A stretch of 61,863 bases of DNA, counting the filler, from Choristocarpus tenellus KU-1152 (Eukaryota > Protista > Phaeophyceae), in assembly GCA_964200185.2 (NCBI GenBank). It is 9 parts of 9 records of this genome, joined end to end, with 100 filler letters (N's around TTAATTAATTAA, not from the genome) between each part and the next. Parts side by side here need not be neighbours in the genome. Positions count along the whole stretch, not along the records: positions 43,169 to 56,194 come from CAXNAD020001608.1; positions 56,295 to 61,863 come from CAXNAD020010394.1; 7 more parts are not named here. The stretch is one strand, 5' to 3'. Shown piece by piece: positions 49,281 through 60,306 of the stretch. The notes beneath the pieces were generated by a model. That model searched no databases, was not told the DNA's origin, and was given only the letters and a program-made list of their open reading frames with translations. How positions within the stretch are numbered: position 1 is the stretch's first letter; the number at the start of each line of letters is the position of its first letter. Position numbers and translations under genes: made by a program.

Positions 49281-52200
49281 GAAAAGGCCATGCCCGGGTT
49301 CGGTCGTTGGTGCAGGAGAGAGAAGGAGGTAAAGTATCGTGCCTGTCTGTGGTTGGCATCCATACTTGAAACACATTTCGCCTTGGCAAGATGCGGAAAA
49401 AGGGTTCACCTTCAGGCGAATCTTCATCATTCCTTACCTTATCCCTGCGCATAAGCTGTTTGTTTGACCAGGCGCCGTCTTACCTGGACACCTTCTCTCG
49501 CCAAAACATATTCCGCGCTCTCCTTTCCCGCAGACACGTGCAACGTCTGCAATTTCCAGCCAGGCGCGCTTGTTTCACCTCACACACAGAGGTGGCGTAG
49601 CGGAAGCTGGAAAGGGAAGTGGGGGGCGAAGCGATGATGGCTGATTAGATTATTCTGGTTTCTGTTGGGGAAGTTGCGATGATCTTGGCGCTAGACTTGA
49701 TTGGGACGACGCTGAAGATTGTACGGAGATGCGTGCGTAATTGTCGTGGCGAGACGAAGGCAAGCCTGACTCCACAGATCCGTCATAGTCCCATCCGATT
49801 TGTGCGACAGCGTTGGGCACGAAGAAGATGGCAAATGAGGCAGGCGCCTCTGGTATACTGGAGGGTGCCGCGGGGACGAAGAAGAACGAAGGGAGAAGTT
49901 TGCCTCACACTCACACTTGATGTCCTCTGACCGCTCCCGCGGTGTGTGGAGTGTGGAGTGCTGTGGAGTGCACTGGAAAAGACGCCTGCTGTATGTGGTG
50001 CTACAGAAGATGACGGCGAGGCCTCGCCCAGTGTATTTGCTGCCGGTACGTGCAAAGATTGGCAGGAATTTCCAAGATAATCTTGCAACGCTGCCGCTGA
50101 GAGGGCGTTTGGGAATCTGATGAATCCCACGCCCGCGCGCGACCGAGCGATTTGGCAGGCCGGGCCCCGAAGTAGACAAGGAACTCACATACGTCTGGAG
50201 TGGAGATACGCATCACATCAAATGGGGGAGACCGTTTTTTCCCTGTAACATTTCCTCCATAATTCCACGGCTGAGTTGGCAGCGTGATGGATACGTGCCT
50301 TCGCACGGGAGGATCTGCAGCAGCAGTTGCAGGTACATCTCAGGGACCGAGTCGAGCACAGGAAACTCACAACGGAACGTGACAGCCACCCCAGGACAGG
50401 TGCAACGATTCCATGACTTGAGGTGGTGTGGCAAGTGTTTGCATAGTGCTCTCTCTAGCAATTGGCCAGGCGGGAGTGTCACAGACAGGGTGATTGAGTT
50501 CCAACCTCCTACTATTGTAGAATGGTGATGCAATATAGGGGAGAAGAGCACAGTGCCCAGGGCTCGTGATCTACTGCTGCTGGTTGTGTTACATGTTGCT
50601 CCCTACTGAGTTGCATACATAGTTTCGTCTGAGGGTGTTACAGACGAAGGCAAAGAAAAACACAGTACAAGAGGCAGGATTTGAAACGCTTCTTTTTGAC
50701 GATTTAGTTCTTGTTGTAATCCTGTGGGAATTTTTTGTCCTCGGGCAACCTAGGCGTTTTTCGTAATGTGAAATCTGAGCTGCATGGACCGTCAAGGTAG
50801 GAAGTACAGTGGTGAAAGAGAGTGTGATGTGAAATCAGGAGTAGCATTGAGATTGAGGTGCTGAATACATGTCAGTAAACTGTGCAGTTCCCCTCCAGAT
50901 TCTTTGCTCCCTGCAAGTCAGGGAGGGAGGGTCCAACTTAGCCAACTTAGCAAGTACAGAGTAGGTGGGTTATTCTGTAGTACCTGATATCATCACCCTG
51001 ACAGGGAAATCACACAACTGATGGTTCCCTGAACTGCCCGTGCTGAGCCCGCTGTGGGAGCATGGGCACAGCTTTATCCATCTTTGTGCTTTGAGTTTGA
51101 GAAGTATGGTTGGTTCCTAAGTCATCATGAAGGGCCTCTTAAGGAAGGGGCAGCGAGTGGGGTTTGATTGAGGGAATCCCAACTCACTGCAGTCTTGTCA
51201 CAGGATATTGTATATCAGGTACTGATCTCAGTAGTGCAGTCCCAGTACTAACCTTGTTTGAGTTGAAAACCAGTGCGCAATCTCATTGCCATAGGTTGTA
51301 CTACTGTACAGTATTTGGGAGAAATGAGGATGATATGGCAGTGTGGAGAAGGTAAAGAATGTACGTGAATCTCTATGCATGTGGACAAAAGAAACTAACT
51401 GATTCAAGTGTTGGTTGAAAAGAATGTTTCAGTTTCACACTGGCTCTCTGAAAAGCAGAATATCATTCATCCAAAAAAACAGTTTCAAGTACTGGAGTAG
51501 TTGTGACTCGAAATACACGTCATGTACAGAAAAAAAGGTACAAAAGATGACAAAAACAATCGCAATGAAGTGCGCTACAAAATAATGCTTCTATGGTAGT
51601 GATCTACGGCAGAACCTGCAAAAAGCAGATATTCTACTGAGGAGCAAGGAGTCCCTGAGTCCCTCCCCTCCCCCCCATCTGGACGGAATCTCCTGTTTAT
51701 GACTTTGCTTGCCACCAAACTGGACATGGCATACCCATTGTGCTCTCCCCTCATCCTCCTGCTTTCATTCTCCTCCAACCTTCAGAATGCTTCAGGATGG
51801 ACAAAGGTCATCCCCTTCCCCCCCACTGCCCCACAGTCCCTCCCATTTCCCCCCCTTCTAACTCCTACTCTAAGAGTACTGCCTCTTACTTTCTTCAAAA
51901 TCTTCTTGTATTGATACACCAGCAGTAACTTCTCAATTCCATCCCATGTAACTATTTCATAATCCCTGCTCTACACACGTACCCACTCACATCCATGGGA
52001 GATAGGAGATTGATTGATACTCTCTCCAAGTGTCCACTTCAACCCCAAAATGAACACCTGCCTCAACAAGCCAGTCATTTCTCTCTCTCTCTCCCTCTAT
52101 TGTAATGTGGAATCCAAGCCCCATAAGCACATAGCCTCGACGACACTACTTCTTCATTCCCCCCTCACATTCCTCCCATACCCAATCCATTATCCTGAGA

Positions 52201-53707
52201 AATACCCTAGAGCCTCAAGTAAACTGAAGCGCAGCAGGCAACATTCCTAGGTGGGGAGGGTCCAATCCCATTGATTTGCAGACCAAGAAGGCAGAGGGCC
52301 AACACTTTCCTTCCAACATATCTAAAAAAAAAAAACAATCCCTCCTCTGCCCTGATGGAAGAGCAGGAATCATGACACACTCAAAAGACGAGAAGCCTCC
52401 CCTCCCTTCAAGTTGGGCTCAATCTCACCATCACCCTCCTCTCTCCAAACCTTGGCCCCTCCCCTGGTGCTACAGGCACTGCCCTCACGGCATGGGGCCC
52501 TCCACCTCGTTGGCCGGGTGCAATATAGGGGCCATGCTCTGGGTTATGCAAAGCACTGCATTGGGGAGGTTGCAGCTATGAACCAGGCACCTCAACACCC
52601 ATCAACACCCATCTTTCTGCGCCTCTTCTTCACAAAAGGAATGTCCCTTCCCACATTGCCCAGGTCTCTTGCACCTCCACCACTGGCTGCACTGGTAATA
52701 GAAGGGCCCACCTCATCGCCTCCATTGTCCGCAGGGTCTGACCTCTCCCTTTTTCTCCTTGGCTGTCCCCCTGCCCCACCCCATGCTTCAGTCTGCCCCA
52801 CGGATCTGGGCTGCAGCAATGGCTGTAGAGGGGGATGCATGGACAGACACACAAGGAGGTATGACCACAAAGGGACGTGAGGCTTGGCATCTAAAGCTGG
52901 TAGTACTGCAGTATTAAATGCTGTAGGTGCCACACACCTCAATATTGCAATCATGCAAAGTACATTGTACATATCAAATATTCCAGAGGAGCATACAAAT
53001 TACGGTCAAGGGGTACGGGGTCCACTGCACTAGGACCCAAACAGGCAGTGCGTCCGCCCCCTGCAAGAAGAGAAGAAGATTCCCAGCACAAGACTCCAAT
53101 TTTCTAGCTTAGCTGACTCTATTCTGTAACTGTCACTCCGTTCTCTTTGTACCGTGTTTTGCGTAGCACCTGCTCTAAAAGTAGCCACACCTCACATCTT
53201 GTAGCAAGACCATTTCAATCTCAAGGTTTCAATTTCAAGGTTTCAAGTCTTGCTGAGAGACTTCTACCTTTCCCGTTATTACTACTTGCAATACTATTGC
53301 AATATATACTTTGCTCAAAGAACACAATTCTCAAATCCAAGAGATTCTTTCCTGTAGAATGGGAAGTTTATACTGCAATTCACAGCATATACACCCTAAA
53401 TATATAAAATTCACTTGGCAGTAGGAGGATGATGGATATACCGGTGTGATTCCTCTGTCCTTTCTTCAGGGGGGGCAAAGCAGTCCTTTGACAGCATAAG
53501 GCACCCACGTTTGCTTGAAAAAAAAGAAAAAGACTCAACTCTTTGGCACTCACTGCCCCAGCCTCATGAAATCATCTTTTTCAATCTCGGGACGCCTCCA
53601 CCCACACCTTACCCCCTTCTCCCTTCTGGGAACAAACACTACATGCTAGCATCTTTGCACAAAACGGATTTGGATACCACACTTCAAACATGAGGTAGTG
53701 TGACTCC

Positions 53708-54872
53708 ACCTGTCCACCCACTCACTCACCATCCCTGAACCTGGGCTTCTTCCCAAGCCTAGTGTAGATTGGAAGCCCCACCCTGACTCTGAGCCTGAGT
53801 CTGCATCTGAACCTGAGCGTGAGAGTGAAAGGATCTAAGAGGGTACGTGTTTTTCCCTGTTTGTCCATTTGGGACTTGAGTTCCAGTGCGTTTTTAATGA
53901 CATTGTACCAACTCAAAAAGTTTCAAAGGAGGTAAAATGTATATATTGTGAAGAGGTGTGTCCAGAACAACTATATTGACTTCTCCTAACAAACTTGATT
54001 GCCAAAATTACATCAAAATTGCAATATTGGATTTTCGGCCCCAAATGGAAGCAGCTCTACCCTCTGAGATACTTTTACTCTGAGCCTGTGTCTGCATCTG
54101 CAGCTGAGTTTGTGTCTGCACACTCACCTGCCCCTGCAACTACCTCAAAGATGTGGCTGTAGATGTGGTCAAATATGAATAGAAATTAAGGTGTTTGGCT
54201 GATGCATCTCATCACACCATCCATATGACTCGCTGGTTGGAATTACGGTGCTGGATCTAGCTACTGGAAGCCAAACACCATCCCCTGAACCTCTACTGGC
54301 ATGGCAGGCAGATGTAGAAATCGATATGGGCCCATGAACTGACGGGTAGGTTATGCATGAAGCGCAATAGCCAACCTTTGTATGGCTAAAGAGGTAAATG
54401 CACTCTTAATAGTAATAGTAGCCGTACAAGGCTTGTACCCTGTAGCCAACCGCGAAAAGAACTTGACAAATCTTCCATGAGTCATGGAATCGATCAACTA
54501 CAACACTATAGAACATGTTTATCTCTTCAGAAAACATACCTGCGTTTTGGTTTTCATAATGCAGTGGTAAGGCAAGTTTTGACAGGGGACACCAAACCAT
54601 ACACCACTTTTATCGCTTGCTGTGGGTGATGGGGGAAAATCAGGACATTACAGTGGAGGAATAAGAGGGTCAAGGGCAGGGGGCAACAGTCAGCTTACAT
54701 TCCACCATCGTCAATCAATATTGCACCTGGGACTTCGCAATCCTCTGTGCATCAGCAGTGCACCTTCGGTGCTACATGCAACCTGTCCACCTCCAGCAAC
54801 ATCTGCACGTCCAGTAAGGGGTTTTTCGACGTGTGTGCTACGTAGTGCTTTTCGACTTGTGATCAAGAAACC
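53708..54872 (-). pseudogene. Paralog B of the kinase N-lobe region (pseudogene, MITE-disrupted)
   Basis: 54135-54872 aligns with 47595-48190; it reads VEKHY...MLLEVDRLHVAPKVHC*CTED...ILIDDGG, with an internal stop and a mutated acceptor. Confidence 0.75.
53823..54080 (-). mobile_element. MITE family A, full copy, TSD TGA, inserted in a candidate exon of kinase paralog B
   Basis: TGA-GAGTGAAAGG...CTTTTACTC-TGA. Confidence 0.88.
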
Positions 54873-54954
54873 GTGGGAAAGAGAGATACCATTGTAAAAA
54901 TCCGGATTGGCCATTCAATGCCAGGCGAGAGTGCATGTCATCAAAAACTGTCCC

Positions 54955-55525
54955 GTATTGATGTTTTGCAATGAAGTCAATGACGGACATGTGACGTGCA
55001 GCAACTTCCATGACATGTATACCAAAATTCACGTCTCGTCCGCTCAGATGACTGAGGGACTGGAAGTTTGTATCGCGTTGACAGGGGAACCAAAAGGTAA
55101 GCGTGGAACGATGAATCGCTCTATCGCTTACATCATGGGAAAGTAGACAAACTACAAAAACGGGATAGTGAGGGTGTGCACAATCTCTGAGTATCTTTCT
55201 TTCGGGCGATTGCTTGTTCACAGGTTGTAAGGTAGTACGGCCCAAACACGTCGAAGACCCTTGATGCTGCTGGAGGTGGAGAGGTTACTCATGGCACCGA
55301 CGATGCACTGCTGGTGCTCTGGGGACGGCGAGGTCCCCGGAGCGATCTTGATGGATGATGGTGGAATGTGAGCCGGCTGTTGCCTTCCTGCCCTTGGCCC
55401 TCCTGTTCCCCACCGTAATATGCTGCCTGGTGAGATTTTCCCCTCTCACCCAGGGCAAGCGATAAAAGTGTTTTGATTTGGTGTCCCCTGTCAAAAGTTA
55501 CCTTTTACCGTACCAAGGAAACCCA
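54955..55525 (+). pseudogene. Paralog C of the kinase N-lobe region, inverted relative to A and B
   Basis: Reverse complement of 47850-48460, including two introns; stop at VVR* and a deletion in the alphaC exon. Confidence 0.8.
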
Positions 55526-55772
55526 GAACTTTTCATGGGGCCACGCAGTAGGCATGTGTACTGTCGCCTATGCGGCTGTGGGACGGTGCGTGCCCCAGCG
55601 ACGTTGAAAAGGTCAAAGCACATGGAATTGGTCATGTTCGAACTTGAATATACATGATGTGGTGGTGTTGGTTTTGGTTGTGTAAGTGGTGGCTATGGAA
55701 TCGTCTATGTTCGAATTTGGTTGTAAATGGTAGGCGAATACCCCTGGTTTTGAGTAGATGATGGTTGTGGAC

Positions 55773-56194
55773 CTCATCATGGAAGATTTATCTATTGCCT
55801 CTTATATACTATTTGTTATTGAAAAATTGGCAATGTCATAACTATTTTTCAATTTATTTCCACTGTAAATATTGTTTCCTAAATTTTAAATTCAAAGTGG
55901 AAGTAGTAAATATATATATATTATTATTATTATGCCCTCTGACATTTTGCAGATGTGTCAGGGGGGAGAAAGCAATGAAAACTATATATAAGTATCTCAT
56001 CATGGAAGATTTATCTATTGCCTCTTATATACTATTTGTTATTGAAAAATTGGCGATGTCATAACTATTTTTCAATTTATTTCCACTGTAAATATTGTTT
56101 GCTAAATTTTAAATTCAAAGTGGTAAGTATATTATTATGCCCTCTGACATTTTGCAGATGTGTCAGGGGAAACCAATGAAAACTATATACATAT
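55773..56194. repeat. AT-rich tandem duplication, ~223-bp unit, 2 copies (cut by the contig end)
   Basis: CTCATCATGGAAGATTTATCTATTGCC... starts at 55773 and again at 55996. Confidence 0.92.
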
Positions 56195-56399
56195 NNNNNN
56201 NNNNNNNNNNNNNNNNNNNNNNNNNNNNNNNNNNNNNNTTAATTAATTAANNNNNNNNNNNNNNNNNNNNNNNNNNNNNNNNNNNNNNNNNNNNAAAATT
56301 GCCCCCAAAAGGAAACCCCCTCCCCCCCCCCCCAGATACTTTGAGCCACCATTTACTTCGCACATGCACTATCATGTTTCATGGCATTGTAGTAGCAAC

Positions 56400-56665
56400 A
56401 TCAGGGAGAAAACATCTACTGGTGGATGGACTGGGAAAGGACTGTGCCGCCCTCAGAAGGATAGTCTAACGCCGGAGAGGTGGCAAATGGTCGCTGCATG
56501 GATAGCAAGGACATATCATTAGATGGAGACTACAAAGACCAAAGAAGACAGATTTTATATTATTTGGAAGGAGAAAACGAGACCATGCTTCAGATGACAA
56601 ATGATGAGAAGGTTGCGAAAGAATCGAGGAGATATGGGTGTTTTATTGTAAGAATTCTGAGATAG
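56400..56665 (+). mobile_element. Possible 3' end of an RTE-like LINE, highly degenerate
   Basis: Broken frame ERWQMVAA...TKEDRFYIIW loosely resembles RTE C-termini; weak. Confidence 0.25.
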
Positions 56666-59600
56666 AAGGGTAATGGACAGTACCCTACGGATTTTAGTTA
56701 TCATGATGGGAAAGTCTTCTTTAGTACCACAGTACCCTTTTCTCTTATTACTGTACTGTTTTGTTTATGTCGTTTTCGTTTTCTTGGAGGGAGGAAATAT
56801 AGTAGGCAGTTTCTCACTATGCATAGTCCTGAGAAGGAAAAGGCTTATGTACAATAGCATCCTGTGCCTAGGTGACCATGAGATCGATGGCGTTTGTAGT
56901 TGTGTTGGCTTCAGGGCACCCTACTTCGTTGATATGTACATATCTTTTTGTGTAACATCAAGGTAGGATGCGCACGTTTGTGGGACCTGGCGTTTTGGAA
57001 TTGTGTGAATTTCATGTTTGTATTATTCTGTGTCAAGAGAAAAGCGGCTTGTGAGTTATTTTTTACTTGGCGGTTAAGTCAAATACAGGGTGACGTTGCC
57101 TACGGATGTATTGTTACAGGTCCGGTCGATGATATTCCCTTCACACTACTACGTTTATTTGATGTAAAATGTGTACTCTTTCCTTGTTGTATAGTTGTAT
57201 GTTGATAGGGTGGAAACAGCAATAAGTTCTTCACTCGAGAGGGCATATTACAGGAGACAGTTCCATATGACGGTTTCACAACAACATTTTATGAACTTGA
57301 TATAAATGATTTATTCCGTCGAACTGTCTGGCTGATATATATTTTTTCTGGAATCCTCAGACAACCAAGCAACCCTGCCCTAATAAAAACTGAACAATAT
57401 ACTCAAAGTTAAAGTAAACCAAAAACATTTGTGGCTTCAGAAACCATCAAGGCATGGTCTTCGGCCTATGATACTTTCATTGAGACTACTCCTATCTCGA
57501 CTCCAAGTGCATAGACATGACGTTTGTAAGAATGGTGATATAACACAAACTGGCAGGGCAGGAGGAGCTAAAAAACATCCTTCTTGGCTGGGCACCACAT
57601 GCTTCTTGCCTGACGAAGTGACCTAAACAGATTGGATGAGTATCCTGACCATAGAATTGGCGACAACTCCAGTCTGCTGGAATCAGATGGTGGCCGTACT
57701 GGATGAATTCAGATGGCAACCAAGGAGTCAAGGGAAATTCGTAAATATCCCAGCTTTCTCCACAGGGAAGCCTATTAGGAGTGCAAACGCAAAAAGAAGT
57801 GAGGGAAGACCTCCCGAGGTATCTATGTGAATCTTAGTGAGACCGGCGCCTCTGCCTGATACCAGGATGAATAACACAAAGTCTAAGCAACCAATCTCCA
57901 GAAGGGATGACCATTGGTTGAACTCCTCCATCGACCACCACAGACACCAAATAACTGACCAAAAGTAGGTCAACAGATGCTCATCGAGAGCTTCGTCGAA
58001 ATCACACAAATTTTGTTAGAGCTATCTCGAGAAAGACCGAGGATTGGGAGTAGTTTTCCCACAATAGCAGAGGGGGAGCGAGAAATTCTGTAGGGACAGT
58101 TTGCTGATAAATCTGGCCCCTGGTGGAGAATATTGCACAGATGGAAAGAAGGTGCATGCACCTACATCATTTTGGCCTTCTGAAACCAGCACTCGGTGTT
58201 CCGGAAGTGTCCTGAATACCTTGTCACTACTGTAAGACAGTCAAGGATGGAGTACTAGGAATGACCACTGGAATGACCAGCAGTTAGCCTGGTAGGGAAG
58301 AACATCGAGCTATCCCTCACAAACAAGCAGATCTGCTTTACGTATGTGTGTGGGATTGTCTTTCTATAATACCAGCTACCATTACAGTACATATCTTCTC
58401 GTACTGACATCCTTTTCAAATGCAACATGATATAGAAATGTAAGGTTACACAAATTTGCAAGTCACCCTAACTGTGTAACACTCCATCTACACTATCCAA
58501 ATCCAGCTTCGATGCTTTTGCCCCTTTCTCACCTCTGCATTGGCGATATTGTTGGGTTTCACGTCAAACTCCATTGCAGTATTTCCCATTTTTTTCCCCT
58601 CTATGCCACCATCAAGTATCTTGCCTTCCCACTTGCCTCCAACCAGGCTGTATTCCTCCTCGTGCTTTAAGTGATAGCAACACCCCATTGCAGACAGAGG
58701 GATGGGCATGTAGGCAGTGGCGGTAGAAAGGGGTTTCGTAGTATTCCAGCAGCGCATGGTGCCATGTGTTACTGTGTTTTGGGGGATGAAGGAAGTTCAA
58801 CTAGATAGGGAAGTATTTTTGGTGGCGTAGGTGATGCGGAACTGTTGGCAGGGTGTTAGAGAGCATGGGATGCCACTCTCTACTCCTTTTGATATTGGCT
58901 AGGTTGTGATTATTTTGACAAAAACGTGGAACAAGTTTGTGGAGAAGTGGGACATGTTTTTACTCCTTGTTCTCTACGCTAAGGGTGGGTACTCCAAAAC
59001 AAATATAGAACTACGCGATCTCCTCTGTACATATCCATCCTTCTATGGATAATTTCGTCTATTATTACAATATTAATGGCACTAATATCAGTGTAGTATT
59101 ATGGTAGTGCCAAAATCTTTATGGTCAGCAATTTATGACCACCTCAAAAAAAGTTCGAAGTGATCGGGGAGGGACAGGATCAGGTTATGTCCAAGCGAAT
59201 TATTTACCATGAAGGTAGATCAACATAGCGCGGATCTTCTACATACCTGGTGTCTCAATCCTTGCTGTTCCATTTCCATTTCGACATTCTCTGTGAACAT
59301 CGCCATCTGGAGTTAAGGATCAAGGGAAAGATAGGGCAAGGTTAGACAGAGAACAGTTGTAGGTGGATCAAGAATTTGACTGAAACATGTTTGGCGAAGA
59401 GACTGTTTGCGCCAGAACAGCAGAGCAGGCACGCTCACTCTATATACGAGGGCATGGGGTAAGGAGAAGAAAAAAACCCGTCCAGGAGTGCTTTCTGGCA
59501 ACCAGCGAGACCTGTTTGTATCAAGGATAATTTAGCACACGAGGTCCAATCTTGTGGGTAGAGCGTTCCCAATGATAATAGGACTCGATAGACACCTCGA

Positions 59601-60306
59601 GATACTTCGTGTGTGTGCTTCAGCGAGGGTGCTCTGAGATACAGGTACGGAGAGGGCAACAGCCCAAGCACCTTTCGCTGGCAACATTGACGTATTTAAC
59701 CATTTACGGCGTCTCATTCAAGGCTAAGCATTGACCGAGTGTTATTTCTAGTGCCCTAGACCTTATCGTTGAGTCTAACTCGATGATTAATGACTAGCGC
59801 TTGCTCAAAACCCTGTTGCGGCCACCATATCTCGAGGACATCCTATGTTGCCAACTTACAGTGAAACTGTTTCGTAGTCGTGTGACTTTCCATCGAGAGG
59901 ATAGTCAAGAGTACATATCTCCACTAGGAAAGTGGATATACCTTAGGCCAAAGGGAGGTAGTCTATAGACAGGTGTAGAATCCACAGTAAGACTTGTTGT
60001 GTTGTGTAGTGGTGTGCTTGATCCGTTTATGTTGGTTGTGACATTTCCAAAGAAAAAAGATTTCGTTCTAAGGTTGAGGATGGTCGGACGGGCGGAGATG
60101 GCAGAAAGAAAACCCACTTCCTTCCTCACTCACATTCTAACGTGTTGTCGCTGTGGTTATGATCGTGGCCGTGGCATTTATCGAGGTGGTGGGGTTGGCT
60201 GTCGTTGCCCCTCGTACCCTCACGAAGCATCATTTGCGTATTTTAGAAGAGCACGCTTGTGATTTGAACGTAACTTGCAGTCGAACTGGAACAGGGTGGA
60301 CCTCGT

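Noticed and set aside
51575-53110. GC-rich minus-strand ORF fragments (e.g. 52592-52972)
   Set aside because: Interrupted by stops with no recognisable domain; may be decayed exons of kinase paralog B, but unsupported.
9162-56294. Recurrent palindromic TTAATTAATTAA flanked by Ns, and ORFs ending in ...XXXLIN
   Set aside because: Artificial six-frame-stop contig linker. It also means apparent gene neighbourhoods across linkers are meaningless.
57400-59720. Scattered minus-strand exon-like segments (e.g. ~58533-58666, ~59247-59306) divergent from SPRING1
   Set aside because: They could not be joined into a phase-consistent frame or assigned to a family; left uncalled.
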